Shown: piece by piece, positions 45,733 to 54,333 of the stretch | Position numbering within the stretch: position 1 is the first letter of the stretch | How the letters are laid out: each line of letters starts with the position of its first letter | NCBI GenBank assembly: GCA_944386455.1 | Contig: CALXBC010000003.1 | Coordinates: 29,872 to 93,871, forward strand | Reading direction: 5' to 3' | Source of the DNA: an uncultured Clostridia bacterium | GTDB taxonomy: Bacteria; Bacillota; Clostridia; Oscillospirales; Ruminococcaceae | Length of the DNA: 64,000 nucleotides | Made by a program: the position numbers and the translations under genes | Notes under the pieces: model-generated | What the model was told of the DNA's origin: nothing | What the model saw: the letters and a program-made list of their open reading frames with translations, nothing else | The model's database searches: none

Positions 45733-46690
45733 GCGGCCGATGGTACTGTACCATGCAGTCAGCTCCTATCAGCTGCTGGAAGTCATGCTCCATCGGAAAC
45801 TGGTTCATTCTCAGGAACGGGCGGTTTTGCTTCTGCCCGACTTTATTACGGAAAAGTACCCCTGGTACCGGAAGCTGACTTCCTGTCACTTTTTTGATGA
45901 GGTGTACCTGTTCCCCTATCTGCATATCCCGCATACAAGCGAAGCACAGGTAACGGTTGATACGCTCGATGCCTGCCGTACTGTTCTGCCGTACCCTCTG
46001 ACCGCTTTTCAGGAAGTCTATGTCGCGGGTGCACATTTTTATTTTTCTCTTTGTCTGATTCAGCAGCAGATCCCATTTGTGTTTTTTGAGGACGCCGCCG
46101 GAATGCTGAGCCGTTCAGAAGAGCTTAAAAAAAACCTGTCTGTCAGGTTTCCGCTTCACGCTCAAATCGCGGCAAAATACGGGTTGTTTGACGGAAGCTG
46201 TCCCGCTGTCAGTCAGATCGTTTGTCTGAAAAAAGCGCAAACCAGGGACGTATCAGATCATAAATATCAAAATTTTTCGGTTATGGATGCGCTGGCGGGG
46301 CTTTCCCCAAAAGAGAGGCGGCGTTTCTGCCGGATTTTCCTGAAGCATCCGCTCCATACATCGGCGGATGCAGTGCTGCTGACCCAGCATTTTGCCAATC
46401 TGGGGATTCTGTCAGAGAACGGACAGCGGCAGCTGTATGCATCTCTGCGGGACGGACCGCTGCAGGGCGTCAGGCTGGTTATTAAAAAACATCCCGATGA
46501 CACGCTGGATTATCGTCTGATTTTTCCCGATGCCAGGGTGATCAGACAGGTGTTTCCGTCCGAGCTGCTGCCGTTCGTGTTCCGCAGAAAACCGAAAACG
46601 GTCTACACCTTCAGCTCGACCGGAGCAGAAAGCCTGAGCCCATATTTCTCGGTTGTCCGCCTGGACAGCGGACAGCCGGCAGGAAGGTGA
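45710..46690 (+). CDS. Putative glycosyltransferase with sialyl/Kdo-transferase-style motifs (paralog 1)
   Basis: FVFFEDAAG and VIKKHPDD align with the D/E-D/E-G and HP motifs. The N-terminus VLYHAVSSYQLLEVML parallels that of paralog 2. Confidence 0.45.
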   Translation: MKRRSSVKRPMVLYHAVSSYQLLEVMLHRKLVHSQERAVLLLPDFITEKYPWYRKLTSCHFFDEVYLFPYLHIPHTSEAQVTVDTLDACRTVLPYPLTAFQEVYVAGAHFYFSLCLIQQQIPFVFFEDAAGMLSRSEELKKNLSVRFPLHAQIAAKYGLFDGSCPAVSQIVCLKKAQTRDVSDHKYQNFSVMDALAGLSPKERRRFCRIFLKHPLHTSADAVLLTQHFANLGILSENGQRQLYASLRDGPLQGVRLVIKKHPDDTLDYRLIFPDARVIRQVFPSELLPFVFRRKPKTVYTFSSTGAESLSPYFSVVRLDSGQPAGR

Positions 46691-46694
46691 TTCT

Positions 46695-47804
46695 ATGTCA
46701 GAAAACAGAGCGCTGGTGATCGTCAACTCGGTGTATCAGCTTATCAATGCAGTCCAGATCAAGCGGTCGCTGCTTCATGGCAGACCCGCCGACCTTCTGC
46801 TGACCGACATCCTGCCGGACGCGCGGGATTATCTGCCCCGGCTGGAACAAACCGGCCTGTTTGACCGGGTCATCTTTGCGCTGAGCATGGAGACCAATCA
46901 AAAATATGCGGGCGCCAAAGAGCCGGAGCTCAGCGAATGCTACCACAATACCGCGAATTTTCTCCGCTGGGCGCTGAGCGATGAACTAACGGATTATGCA
47001 GAGATTTATTTTTCCAATTATGACGTGCTGACCAGGATGCTGGCCTGCCGTTTTTATCACCAGCCCTGTGCCTTTATTTGGTATGAGGACGGCTTTTCGA
47101 CCTATGTGATCGACTATCTGCGGGAGGACCGTGCGCCGGTCAACCGCCACCCCGACGGGCGAAAGATCAGGGACAAGGTGCAACGCGTCCTGCTGTACGA
47201 GCCTGCTCTTGCCATGCGGGGGGACAGACTCCCCAATGTAGCCCTGCCGAAGATCGACCGCAGGGACAGCGAACTGCGGGAGCTTTTCAACCATATTTTC
47301 GGCTATCGGGGCAGTGCGCGGCTGCCGCGCTTTATCTTTCTGGAGCAGTCCTTTCGCGCCGAGGGCATTCGTACCAACGATATTGACCTGATGCGGGAGT
47401 GCCGTGAAGCAGCGGGCGGCGATTTCATCGTTAAGCCGCATCCCCGCAACCGGGAGAATCTGCCGCAGGAAATGGGGCTGACCAGAAAGTACCCCGACCA
47501 TATACCGTGGGAATTGTTTCTGCTCAATCTGCCGGAGGATGAAAAACAGCAGCATACCTTGCTGACCGTCTGCTCCAATGCGGCGCTGACCGGCCGTCTG
47601 GTCTTCGGACTGGATATGAACACCGTGATGCTCTACCGTCTGTTTGAAGGAAAGGTGCTCTGGAAGGAGGACGCCACCTTATGGCGGTATCTGGAGCGGT
47701 TTCGGCGGGAGTTTGCAGGACGGAATTATTATGTGCCTCAGACACGGTATGCGTTGAGAAACACACTGATGTTTTTGGGAGGACAAAATGGAAAATCAGA
47801 TTAA
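46695..47804 (+). CDS. Putative glycosyltransferase with sialyl/Kdo-transferase-style motifs (paralog 2)
   Basis: FIWYEDGFSTY (EDG) and FIVKPHPRN (HP). N-terminus LVIVNSVYQLINAVQI. AGGAAGGTG Shine-Dalgarno. Confidence 0.5.
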   Translation: MSENRALVIVNSVYQLINAVQIKRSLLHGRPADLLLTDILPDARDYLPRLEQTGLFDRVIFALSMETNQKYAGAKEPELSECYHNTANFLRWALSDELTDYAEIYFSNYDVLTRMLACRFYHQPCAFIWYEDGFSTYVIDYLREDRAPVNRHPDGRKIRDKVQRVLLYEPALAMRGDRLPNVALPKIDRRDSELRELFNHIFGYRGSARLPRFIFLEQSFRAEGIRTNDIDLMRECREAAGGDFIVKPHPRNRENLPQEMGLTRKYPDHIPWELFLLNLPEDEKQQHTLLTVCSNAALTGRLVFGLDMNTVMLYRLFEGKVLWKEDATLWRYLERFRREFAGRNYYVPQTRYALRNTLMFLGGQNGKSD

Positions 47805-49533
47805 GGTGTCGGTGATTATTCCCGTATATCAGGTGGAAAGCTATCTGGAACGGGCAGTTGATTCCGTTTTGGCGCAGACGCTGGAGGAAAAGGAGATCAT
47901 CCTGGTGGATGACGGAAGCACAGACGCCTCTCCGCAGATCTGCGACTGCTATGCGCAGTCGTATCCCGAGCTCATCCGGGTCATACACAAACCAAACGCA
48001 GGCCTCGGCATGGCGCGCAACAGCGGTGTGGAAGCTGCAAAAGGGAAGTATGTTGCATTCCTGGATTCGGATGATACGGTGGAGACGGAGATGTATGAGC
48101 AGCTGTATCAAAAAGCGGAAGCAGGAAATTATGACATAGTGATGTGCGATGTGAACATTATCTATGTGGAAGAAAACAGACAGTCGCTGTCCAGGTCCTA
48201 TCCATCGGAAGAGATTGACCTGCCCGACTATATCGCGAACGGAAACAATATCACATACAGCGTCAACAAGCTGTTTCGGCGGGAAATCTGGGAAGAAAAC
48301 CGCTATGAAAAAATGCTGTTTGAGGATATCGCACTGATTCCTGCGCTGATGACGCGGTACCGACGGGTGGGATACGTCCAGAAAGCGTTTTACAACTATT
48401 ACCGGCGGCCGAACACCATCTCCACATCATTTACGGGGAGTATGGCGGATATCATCCGCGCGTTCCAGATGTTTCTGGATAACAGCAGCCCGGCATACCG
48501 GGAAGAGGCGGTTTACTGCATCGCCAAACAGCTGTACTGGAACATGACAAAGTCGCGGGTGCTGTTCCAGGCGGATTTTATCACGTTTCTGCAAAAAAAT
48601 GAAAAGGACTTCCGGCTCAATCGCTTTCTGCCAAAGGACCCGCAGACCAAAAAGCTGTTGGACTTTCTGGAGCAGAGAGTCCTGCCGGAACGGTTCATCT
48701 GCCCGCATATCGGACGGGAAATCCCCGCGGCATATTTCGAGCAGCTGCGGGAGCATTTTCCTCACGCAGAGCTTGTCCTTGCGGATGAAAATTTTTTTGC
48801 AGCAGAGCAGCCGCCCGCATCGGTTCGTGCGGCCATGACGGCCGGAAACACCGCCTTTGCCGAGGAATATCTCGCCCTGCGGATCCTCTGCGACCAGGGC
48901 GGGATCGTGCTGATGCCCTGGATGCGGGCGAATTTGAATCTCAAGCGGCTCCGGCTGAATCGTATTTTCTTCGGGTTCCGAGGCGGCGAGGAGCTGGAAA
49001 CCGGATGCTTTGGTGCAGAGAAAAGCCATTACGTTATTCAGGCACTGCTTATGACCTATCAAACGGAAAATCTCTACAATCAGGCGTTCCTGCCTCTCAG
49101 GGAAAGACTGCGGGACTTTTTGATTTTACGGTTCGGGCTGAAGCCGAACGGGAAAAGCCAGCTGCTCAAAAAGGAGATACAGGTCTGTTTGCCGAGTGTC
49201 CTTTCTTATGACATGCAGAATGGGGAAAACTGCTGCAAACGGGCGGATATCCCGGTCCCGGAGGGCTATCAGGCGGTAGAGGACGATGTGCTGAGGCTCT
49301 GGTCCGGCCGGATTCTGGAGAACTGGAATCTCTATAAAAAAGCGTTGGGCAGCGGCAAACCGCTTTCGCCGGATGCGTCCCCGCCTGCTGCACTCGGCGG
49401 AATTACCGAAGGGGAACTGGAAAGACAGCTTCATGAATTGGCAAAGCTTTACGAAAATTCGACCAGCTGGCGGATCACACGCCCGGTTCGGGCGCTGTCC
49501 GATCTCGTCAAAAAAATAGCAAGGAAAGGGTGA
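47788..49533 (+). CDS. Two-domain glycosyltransferase: N-terminal GT2, C-terminal GT32/Caps_synth-like region
   Basis: VSVIIPVYQVESYL, ILVDDGSTD, FLDSDD. The C-terminal AEEYLALRILCDQGGIVLMPW resembles the SDxxRxxxLxxxGG block of GT32-type enzymes but has no following DxD. Confidence 0.75.
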   Translation: MENQIKVSVIIPVYQVESYLERAVDSVLAQTLEEKEIILVDDGSTDASPQICDCYAQSYPELIRVIHKPNAGLGMARNSGVEAAKGKYVAFLDSDDTVETEMYEQLYQKAEAGNYDIVMCDVNIIYVEENRQSLSRSYPSEEIDLPDYIANGNNITYSVNKLFRREIWEENRYEKMLFEDIALIPALMTRYRRVGYVQKAFYNYYRRPNTISTSFTGSMADIIRAFQMFLDNSSPAYREEAVYCIAKQLYWNMTKSRVLFQADFITFLQKNEKDFRLNRFLPKDPQTKKLLDFLEQRVLPERFICPHIGREIPAAYFEQLREHFPHAELVLADENFFAAEQPPASVRAAMTAGNTAFAEEYLALRILCDQGGIVLMPWMRANLNLKRLRLNRIFFGFRGGEELETGCFGAEKSHYVIQALLMTYQTENLYNQAFLPLRERLRDFLILRFGLKPNGKSQLLKKEIQVCLPSVLSYDMQNGENCCKRADIPVPEGYQAVEDDVLRLWSGRILENWNLYKKALGSGKPLSPDASPPAALGGITEGELERQLHELAKLYENSTSWRITRPVRALSDLVKKIARKG

Positions 49534-49538
49534 AAATC

Positions 49539-50282
49539 ATGCGGACAATCGCAGTCATTCCGGCACGGTACGGCTCCAGCAGACTCCGGGGAAAACCCCT
49601 GATGGACATCTGCGGACGGCCGATGCTATGGTGGGTCTATCATCGGGTCAGACAGTCCAGAAGCATTGACGGCGTTTATATCGCGACCGACCATGATGAA
49701 ATCATGCAGACCTGCCGTCAGTACAGCATTCCCTGTATGATGACGGACAAGGAGCACAAAACCAGCACCGAGCGGGTGTATGAGGTGGCAAAATTTTTGC
49801 CTGCGGACATCTATGTCTGTGTCAACGGCGATGAGCCGCTGATTGAGCCGTCTATTGTGGAAAAGGTCGTACCGGAGCGTGTGGAGGGATTTTTTGCCGC
49901 CAATCTGATGACGAAAATATCCAGTCCGGTGGAAACGGTGGATGACACCAACATCAAGGTCGTGACCGACGAAGCGGGAGACGCACTGTATTTTTCCCGC
50001 AGTCCCATCCCGCATCCCAAAGCCAGCATCCGGTTTGATTATTACAAGCATCTGGGCGTGCTGGCCTATTCACCGGAGGCGCTGCGCTTTTTTGCCCGGA
50101 CGCCCAGAGGCAGACTGGAGCAGGTGGAGGACATCAACGAGCTTCGGTTTGTGGAACACGGCAAAAAGCTGCGGATGATTCCGGTGGATGCGGACACCCT
50201 TTCGGTGGATACCCTCAAGGATCTGGATTATGTGCGTCATGTGGTTGCGGAAAAGATAAAGAAAGGGGAGCTGAGATTATGA
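49539..50282 (+). CDS. kdsB: KdsB-type cytidylyltransferase (3-deoxy-manno-octulosonate cytidylyltransferase family)
   Basis: Collinear with E. coli KdsB: AVIPARYGSSRLRGKPL, IATDHDEI, TSTERV, VNGDEPLIEP, ALYFSRSPIP, HLGVLAY, E..ELRF. Confidence 0.85.
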   Translation: MRTIAVIPARYGSSRLRGKPLMDICGRPMLWWVYHRVRQSRSIDGVYIATDHDEIMQTCRQYSIPCMMTDKEHKTSTERVYEVAKFLPADIYVCVNGDEPLIEPSIVEKVVPERVEGFFAANLMTKISSPVETVDDTNIKVVTDEAGDALYFSRSPIPHPKASIRFDYYKHLGVLAYSPEALRFFARTPRGRLEQVEDINELRFVEHGKKLRMIPVDADTLSVDTLKDLDYVRHVVAEKIKKGELRL

Positions 50283-51892
50283 GCCAGCCGCGGATTCAGG
50301 TTCTGGACTGCACGCTGCGGGACGGCGGCTACATCAACGACTGGCGGTTCGGCAGACGGACCATTGCAGCCGTTCTTGACAAGCTGGAGCAGGCGGGCAT
50401 CGACATTATCGAATGCGGGTTTCTGACCCGTATGGTAAAAGAGGACGGCTGCTCCCTGTTTGGCGGACCCGACGAAATCAAGGGATTGCTTCCGAAACGG
50501 GAAAGAACATCAATGATCGTCGCTATGATTGCAATCGGGGAAAAGGAGCTGCATCCCATAGAACTGCCGCCCTGTGACGGCAAAAGCATCAGCGGGATCC
50601 GGCTGACCTTTCACAGGCAGGAGATCAATCAGGCCGTCGAATGGGCAGGCATCATCATGGATAAGGGCTACAAGGTATTTATGCAGCCGGTCGGGACAGC
50701 GTTCTACAGCGACATCGAGCTGCTGGAACTGGTGAAAAAAATGAACGCACTGCGGCCCTATGCCTTTTATATTGTGGACACCCTGGGCAGTATGTACCGC
50801 GGAGATGTTTCCCACCGTTTTTATCTGATTGACAAAAATATGGCACCGGAAATCCGTCTGGGCTTCCACGGGCACAACAACCTTCAGCTTGCCTTTTCCA
50901 ACGCGCAGGTACTGGGGAAAATCCAGACGCCGCGGACGCTGATTCTCGACTCCTCGGTTTATGGCATGGGACGCGGCGCGGGCAATCTGCCGACCGAACT
51001 GATCACCCAGTATATCAACCGCAGCATTGCACCGCGGTATGACGTGACAACGGTCATGGACATCTATGACGGATATATCGCGGCAATCCGCAGAGAATAC
51101 GACTGGGGCTATGCAGTACCTTATCATATTGCAGCCAGCAGCGTCTGCCATCCGAACTATGCTTCCTATCTGCTGAACAAACAGACCCTCACCATGAAGG
51201 ATATCAAAAAAATCATTGAGTCGATCCCGGCGGAGTATCGGGTGTTATATGACCAGAAGCTGATTGAAGAGCTGTATGTCCGGTTCCAGAGCAGAAAAAT
51301 CGACGACAGTGAATCTGTGTTCACACTGTCTCAGATGATGGCGGGGAAAAAGCTGCTGCTTCTGGCTCCGGGGAAAAGTCTCTTGCAGCATCGCGGCACA
51401 GTCCTGTCCCGGATCGAAAAAGAAAATCCGTTTGTTATCACCATTAATTTTGCAGACCCGCTCTACCGTCCAAATGCCTGCTTTATCAGCAACCATAAAC
51501 GGCTGGACACCATCGGTCAGGAACTTGCCGCGTGGAAAGAACTTCCGGTCATCCTGACATCCAACCTGCCGGCCGGGATCAGGGATTGTCTGTATGTTGA
51601 CTATGACAGCTACACCAACGGTGATGAAATGATTTCCGACAATGCGGGACTGATGCTGCTGAGCCTGCTGAAGAAATGCGGTGTGCAGCATGTCATGCTG
51701 GCCGGATTTGACGGCTTCCGCCACAGCTATGGGGAAAATTACTACAGCGAGGATCTGGACTTTGGTGCAGACCAGCGGGAAGCAGAGGAAAAACAGCACA
51801 GAATGAGAAAAAAACTTCAGGAATTTGCGCACACCACTCAGCTGGAGTTTCTGACTCCTTCTGCATATGAGTGGAAAAACACAGCAGAATAA
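50279..51892 (+). CDS. Fusion: N-terminal DRE-TIM (HMGL-like) aldolase domain, C-terminal CstII/DUF115 (MptE/Maf)-like domain
   Basis: IQVLDCTLRDGGYINDW and ...GFHGHNNLQLA... are DRE-TIM metal-binding motifs. In the C-terminal half, LLLLAPGKSL...VITINFA...ACFISNHKR and SDNAGLMLLSLLKKCGVQHVMLAGFDGF resemble the GNGPSL / TsG...GiDfY pattern. Confidence 0.6.
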   Translation: MSQPRIQVLDCTLRDGGYINDWRFGRRTIAAVLDKLEQAGIDIIECGFLTRMVKEDGCSLFGGPDEIKGLLPKRERTSMIVAMIAIGEKELHPIELPPCDGKSISGIRLTFHRQEINQAVEWAGIIMDKGYKVFMQPVGTAFYSDIELLELVKKMNALRPYAFYIVDTLGSMYRGDVSHRFYLIDKNMAPEIRLGFHGHNNLQLAFSNAQVLGKIQTPRTLILDSSVYGMGRGAGNLPTELITQYINRSIAPRYDVTTVMDIYDGYIAAIRREYDWGYAVPYHIAASSVCHPNYASYLLNKQTLTMKDIKKIIESIPAEYRVLYDQKLIEELYVRFQSRKIDDSESVFTLSQMMAGKKLLLLAPGKSLLQHRGTVLSRIEKENPFVITINFADPLYRPNACFISNHKRLDTIGQELAAWKELPVILTSNLPAGIRDCLYVDYDSYTNGDEMISDNAGLMLLSLLKKCGVQHVMLAGFDGFRHSYGENYYSEDLDFGADQREAEEKQHRMRKKLQEFAHTTQLEFLTPSAYEWKNTAE

Positions 51893-51967
51893 TCAGAGAG
51901 AAAGGAACGAACCGATGAACAATGCCATCCCGCCGGCGTGTTTTTCGGATTTCGGAAGGCGAACGAA

Positions 51968-52630
51968 ATGAAGCGGTGCGTTGTATTTGATATGGACGGT
52001 ACGCTGGTCAACTCCTATCCGGGAATATTTGATTCCTATGCATGGACATTTCAGCGTCTGGGAATTCCCTTTTCAGGGGATGCATTTGTCAAAAAAGCCA
52101 TCGGGGCACCTTTGCCATGGGTGTTTGAACACCTGTGCGGGCTGAACGCCTTACAGACTGCGGCAGCGATCAGGTACTACCGCAGTTATTATGCCGAAAA
52201 AGGGAAATGCGGCGTCACCGTTTATGACGGGATCGGCGGCATGCTGAAACGGCTGAAGCACGCGGGCTGTCTGATAGGAACCGCTACCTTGAAAAAAGAA
52301 GTCTTTGCCCGGGAAATACTGGAGCAGTTTCAGCTGTCGTCTCTATTCGATTTGATCTGCGGAACCGACGGGCGTGACAGCTTTACGAAAGCAGGCCTGC
52401 TGCGGCGGTGCATGAATGCCCTGAGCGTCTTGCCGGAGGAAACGGTTCTGGTGGGAGACAGTCTGTTTGACAAAGAAGGCGCAGAGGAAGCAGGCGTGGA
52501 TTTTCTGGCAGTCACCTATGGCTTTGGTTTTCAAACGCCGGAAGAGCAGAAACAGCTGCCTGTGGGAATGACAGCCGCCTCTGCGGAAGAGATTGCCGAT
52601 ATTCTGCTGAAAGGAGAGAAACAGGGATGA
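51968..52630 (+). CDS. HAD-IA phosphatase (phosphoglycolate-phosphatase-like)
   Basis: VVFDMDGTLVNS, GTAT.K and VGDSLFDKEGAEEAG motifs. Confidence 0.8.
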   Translation: MKRCVVFDMDGTLVNSYPGIFDSYAWTFQRLGIPFSGDAFVKKAIGAPLPWVFEHLCGLNALQTAAAIRYYRSYYAEKGKCGVTVYDGIGGMLKRLKHAGCLIGTATLKKEVFAREILEQFQLSSLFDLICGTDGRDSFTKAGLLRRCMNALSVLPEETVLVGDSLFDKEGAEEAGVDFLAVTYGFGFQTPEEQKQLPVGMTAASAEEIADILLKGEKQG

Positions 52631-53925
52631 CAGCACGCAAAAAAGTGATTTTAGGTATTATAGCGGGCGTATTGGTGTTTTTGCTGCTGGCCGCAGCCGC
52701 CGTGGGCGCTTATTATTCCGTCATCCTAAAACGGACGCTGGAACAGGTTGCCGCTCCGCAAAAGCAAAACGTTGTTTTTTCCGTCTATGTCCTGGCTGAT
52801 GACGCCGCAAAGGGGCTGGAGGACACCGCAGCGCTTTCTTACGGCATCAATCGCTCGGAACCGGATCAGGACAGCATGACGCGTGCGCTGGGCGAGCTTG
52901 GCGAAATGCTGGGCAAAGAACTGCATACGGTCGGCTATGATAGTCTGTTTTCCCTCGCGGACGGGCTTCAGCAACAGGAAATTCGTGTCATCCTGCTGAA
53001 TGAGGCGCTTCTGGACAGCCTTGCGGAAACAGAAGGATATGAGTGGACGGCGGAGGGACTTCGAAAGCTGGAATCCGTATCGATCGGGCAGGAAGAACTG
53101 ACAGCAGAGCATACAGAAGGCCAGAGCGGTACGGCTGAGGAATCTGTTCGGCCCCCGTCCGAACTGCCGCAGGGCTTTGTGGTCTATATCAGCGGAATCG
53201 ACCGCTACGGCGGACTGACAGCGCGCTCCCGCAGCGATGTGAATATTCTTGCGGCTGTCAATACGAAAACCAAAAATATGCAGCTTGTTGCAACCCCGCG
53301 GGATTATTATGTGACTTTTTCCCGGGCGAAGGGGCAAAAGGACAAGCTGACCCACGCGGGTATCTATGGGGTAGAAATGTCGGTTGACGCACTGGAACGG
53401 TTATACGGCGTCGAGATCGACTACTGGCTCCGGCTGAATTTTACGGGGTTCGTGGAGATTATTGACGCGCTCGGCGGGGTCGAGATCTATTCAGAGCATA
53501 CTTTTACCGTAAAGAACATCAAAACATATCAGACAGGGATGAATCAGGTCAACGGACTGGAAGCATTGGCCTTTGCCCGGGAGCGGTACAGCTTTGCCAA
53601 CGGAGATTACCAGCGTGCCAAAAACCAGATGGAGGTCATCCGCGCCGTGATCGACAAATGCACCTCACCTGCACTGCTGAAAAATTACCGTTCCGTCATG
53701 GACGGGATTGCCGGCAGCTTTTCCACCAATATGCCCGAAGATCAGATTCTTTCTCTCGTTAGGATGCAGCTGGCATTCGGCGGAGAATGGAAGGTATCCT
53801 CCTATACGGTAAGCGGTACCGGTGCTTCCCGGGAGACCTATTCGATGCCGGGACGGAAGCTTTATGTCATTCTGCCGGACCAGAAATCTGTCAGTCAGGC
53901 AAAGGCGTTGCTGGCCGGCGTATAG
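52627..53925 (+). CDS. LytR-CpsA-Psr (LCP) family glycopolymer-peptidoglycan ligase
   Basis: N-terminal transmembrane helix. RSDVNILAAVNTKTKNMQLVATPRDYYV and HAGIYGVEMSVDALERLYGVEIDYWLRLNFTGFVEIIDALGGVEI. Confidence 0.9.
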   Translation: MTARKKVILGIIAGVLVFLLLAAAAVGAYYSVILKRTLEQVAAPQKQNVVFSVYVLADDAAKGLEDTAALSYGINRSEPDQDSMTRALGELGEMLGKELHTVGYDSLFSLADGLQQQEIRVILLNEALLDSLAETEGYEWTAEGLRKLESVSIGQEELTAEHTEGQSGTAEESVRPPSELPQGFVVYISGIDRYGGLTARSRSDVNILAAVNTKTKNMQLVATPRDYYVTFSRAKGQKDKLTHAGIYGVEMSVDALERLYGVEIDYWLRLNFTGFVEIIDALGGVEIYSEHTFTVKNIKTYQTGMNQVNGLEALAFARERYSFANGDYQRAKNQMEVIRAVIDKCTSPALLKNYRSVMDGIAGSFSTNMPEDQILSLVRMQLAFGGEWKVSSYTVSGTGASRETYSMPGRKLYVILPDQKSVSQAKALLAGV

Positions 53926-54097
53926 AACGGCAGCAGCCCGGTCGGCTATTCGGAAACCAGTTATATAAGAAGAGCATTTTTAGGCGGGAAATATGCGGCT
54001 GCCTGCTCTGCCATTGTGAATCTTGCGTAACGGCTATGAGCTGCAAGGAGCTCACCGGTGACATGAGGCAAGCTGTCGGTTTCATCTGCTTTGTCAA

Positions 54098-54146
54098 TAA
54101 AAAAACAGGGGGTAACGGCGTATCACTGCCGTTACCCCCTGTTTTT
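54098..54146. terminator. Strong bidirectional intrinsic terminator at the left edge of the phage-like module
   Basis: aaaaaaACAGGGGGTAACGGC-gtatcact-GCCGTTACCCCCTGTttttt. Confidence 0.85.
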
Positions 54147-54306
54147 AAATTTCCTGTTCTGCCATATTTTCGCTGTCCAGATTGCTCAGAATGTATTCCA
54201 GGTCCTGCTGGAGCAGCTCGAGCCGTTCGTTCAGCAGCATGATTTTTTCCTCTGTGCTGCGGGCGGAGGAAATCTCACGCGACGGTGTAAAATAGACTCT
54301 TGCCAT
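54145..54306 (-). CDS. 53-aa coiled-coil protein (not in the ORF track)
   Basis: MARVYFTPSREISSARSTEEKIMLLNERLELLQQDLEYILSNLDSENMAEQEI. GAGGGGGAAAAA Shine-Dalgarno region. It ends at the strong terminator. Confidence 0.45.
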   Translation of the reverse strand: MARVYFTPSREISSARSTEEKIMLLNERLELLQQDLEYILSNLDSENMAEQEI

Positions 54307-54333
54307 ATTTTTCCCCCTCATCCATTGTAGCTT

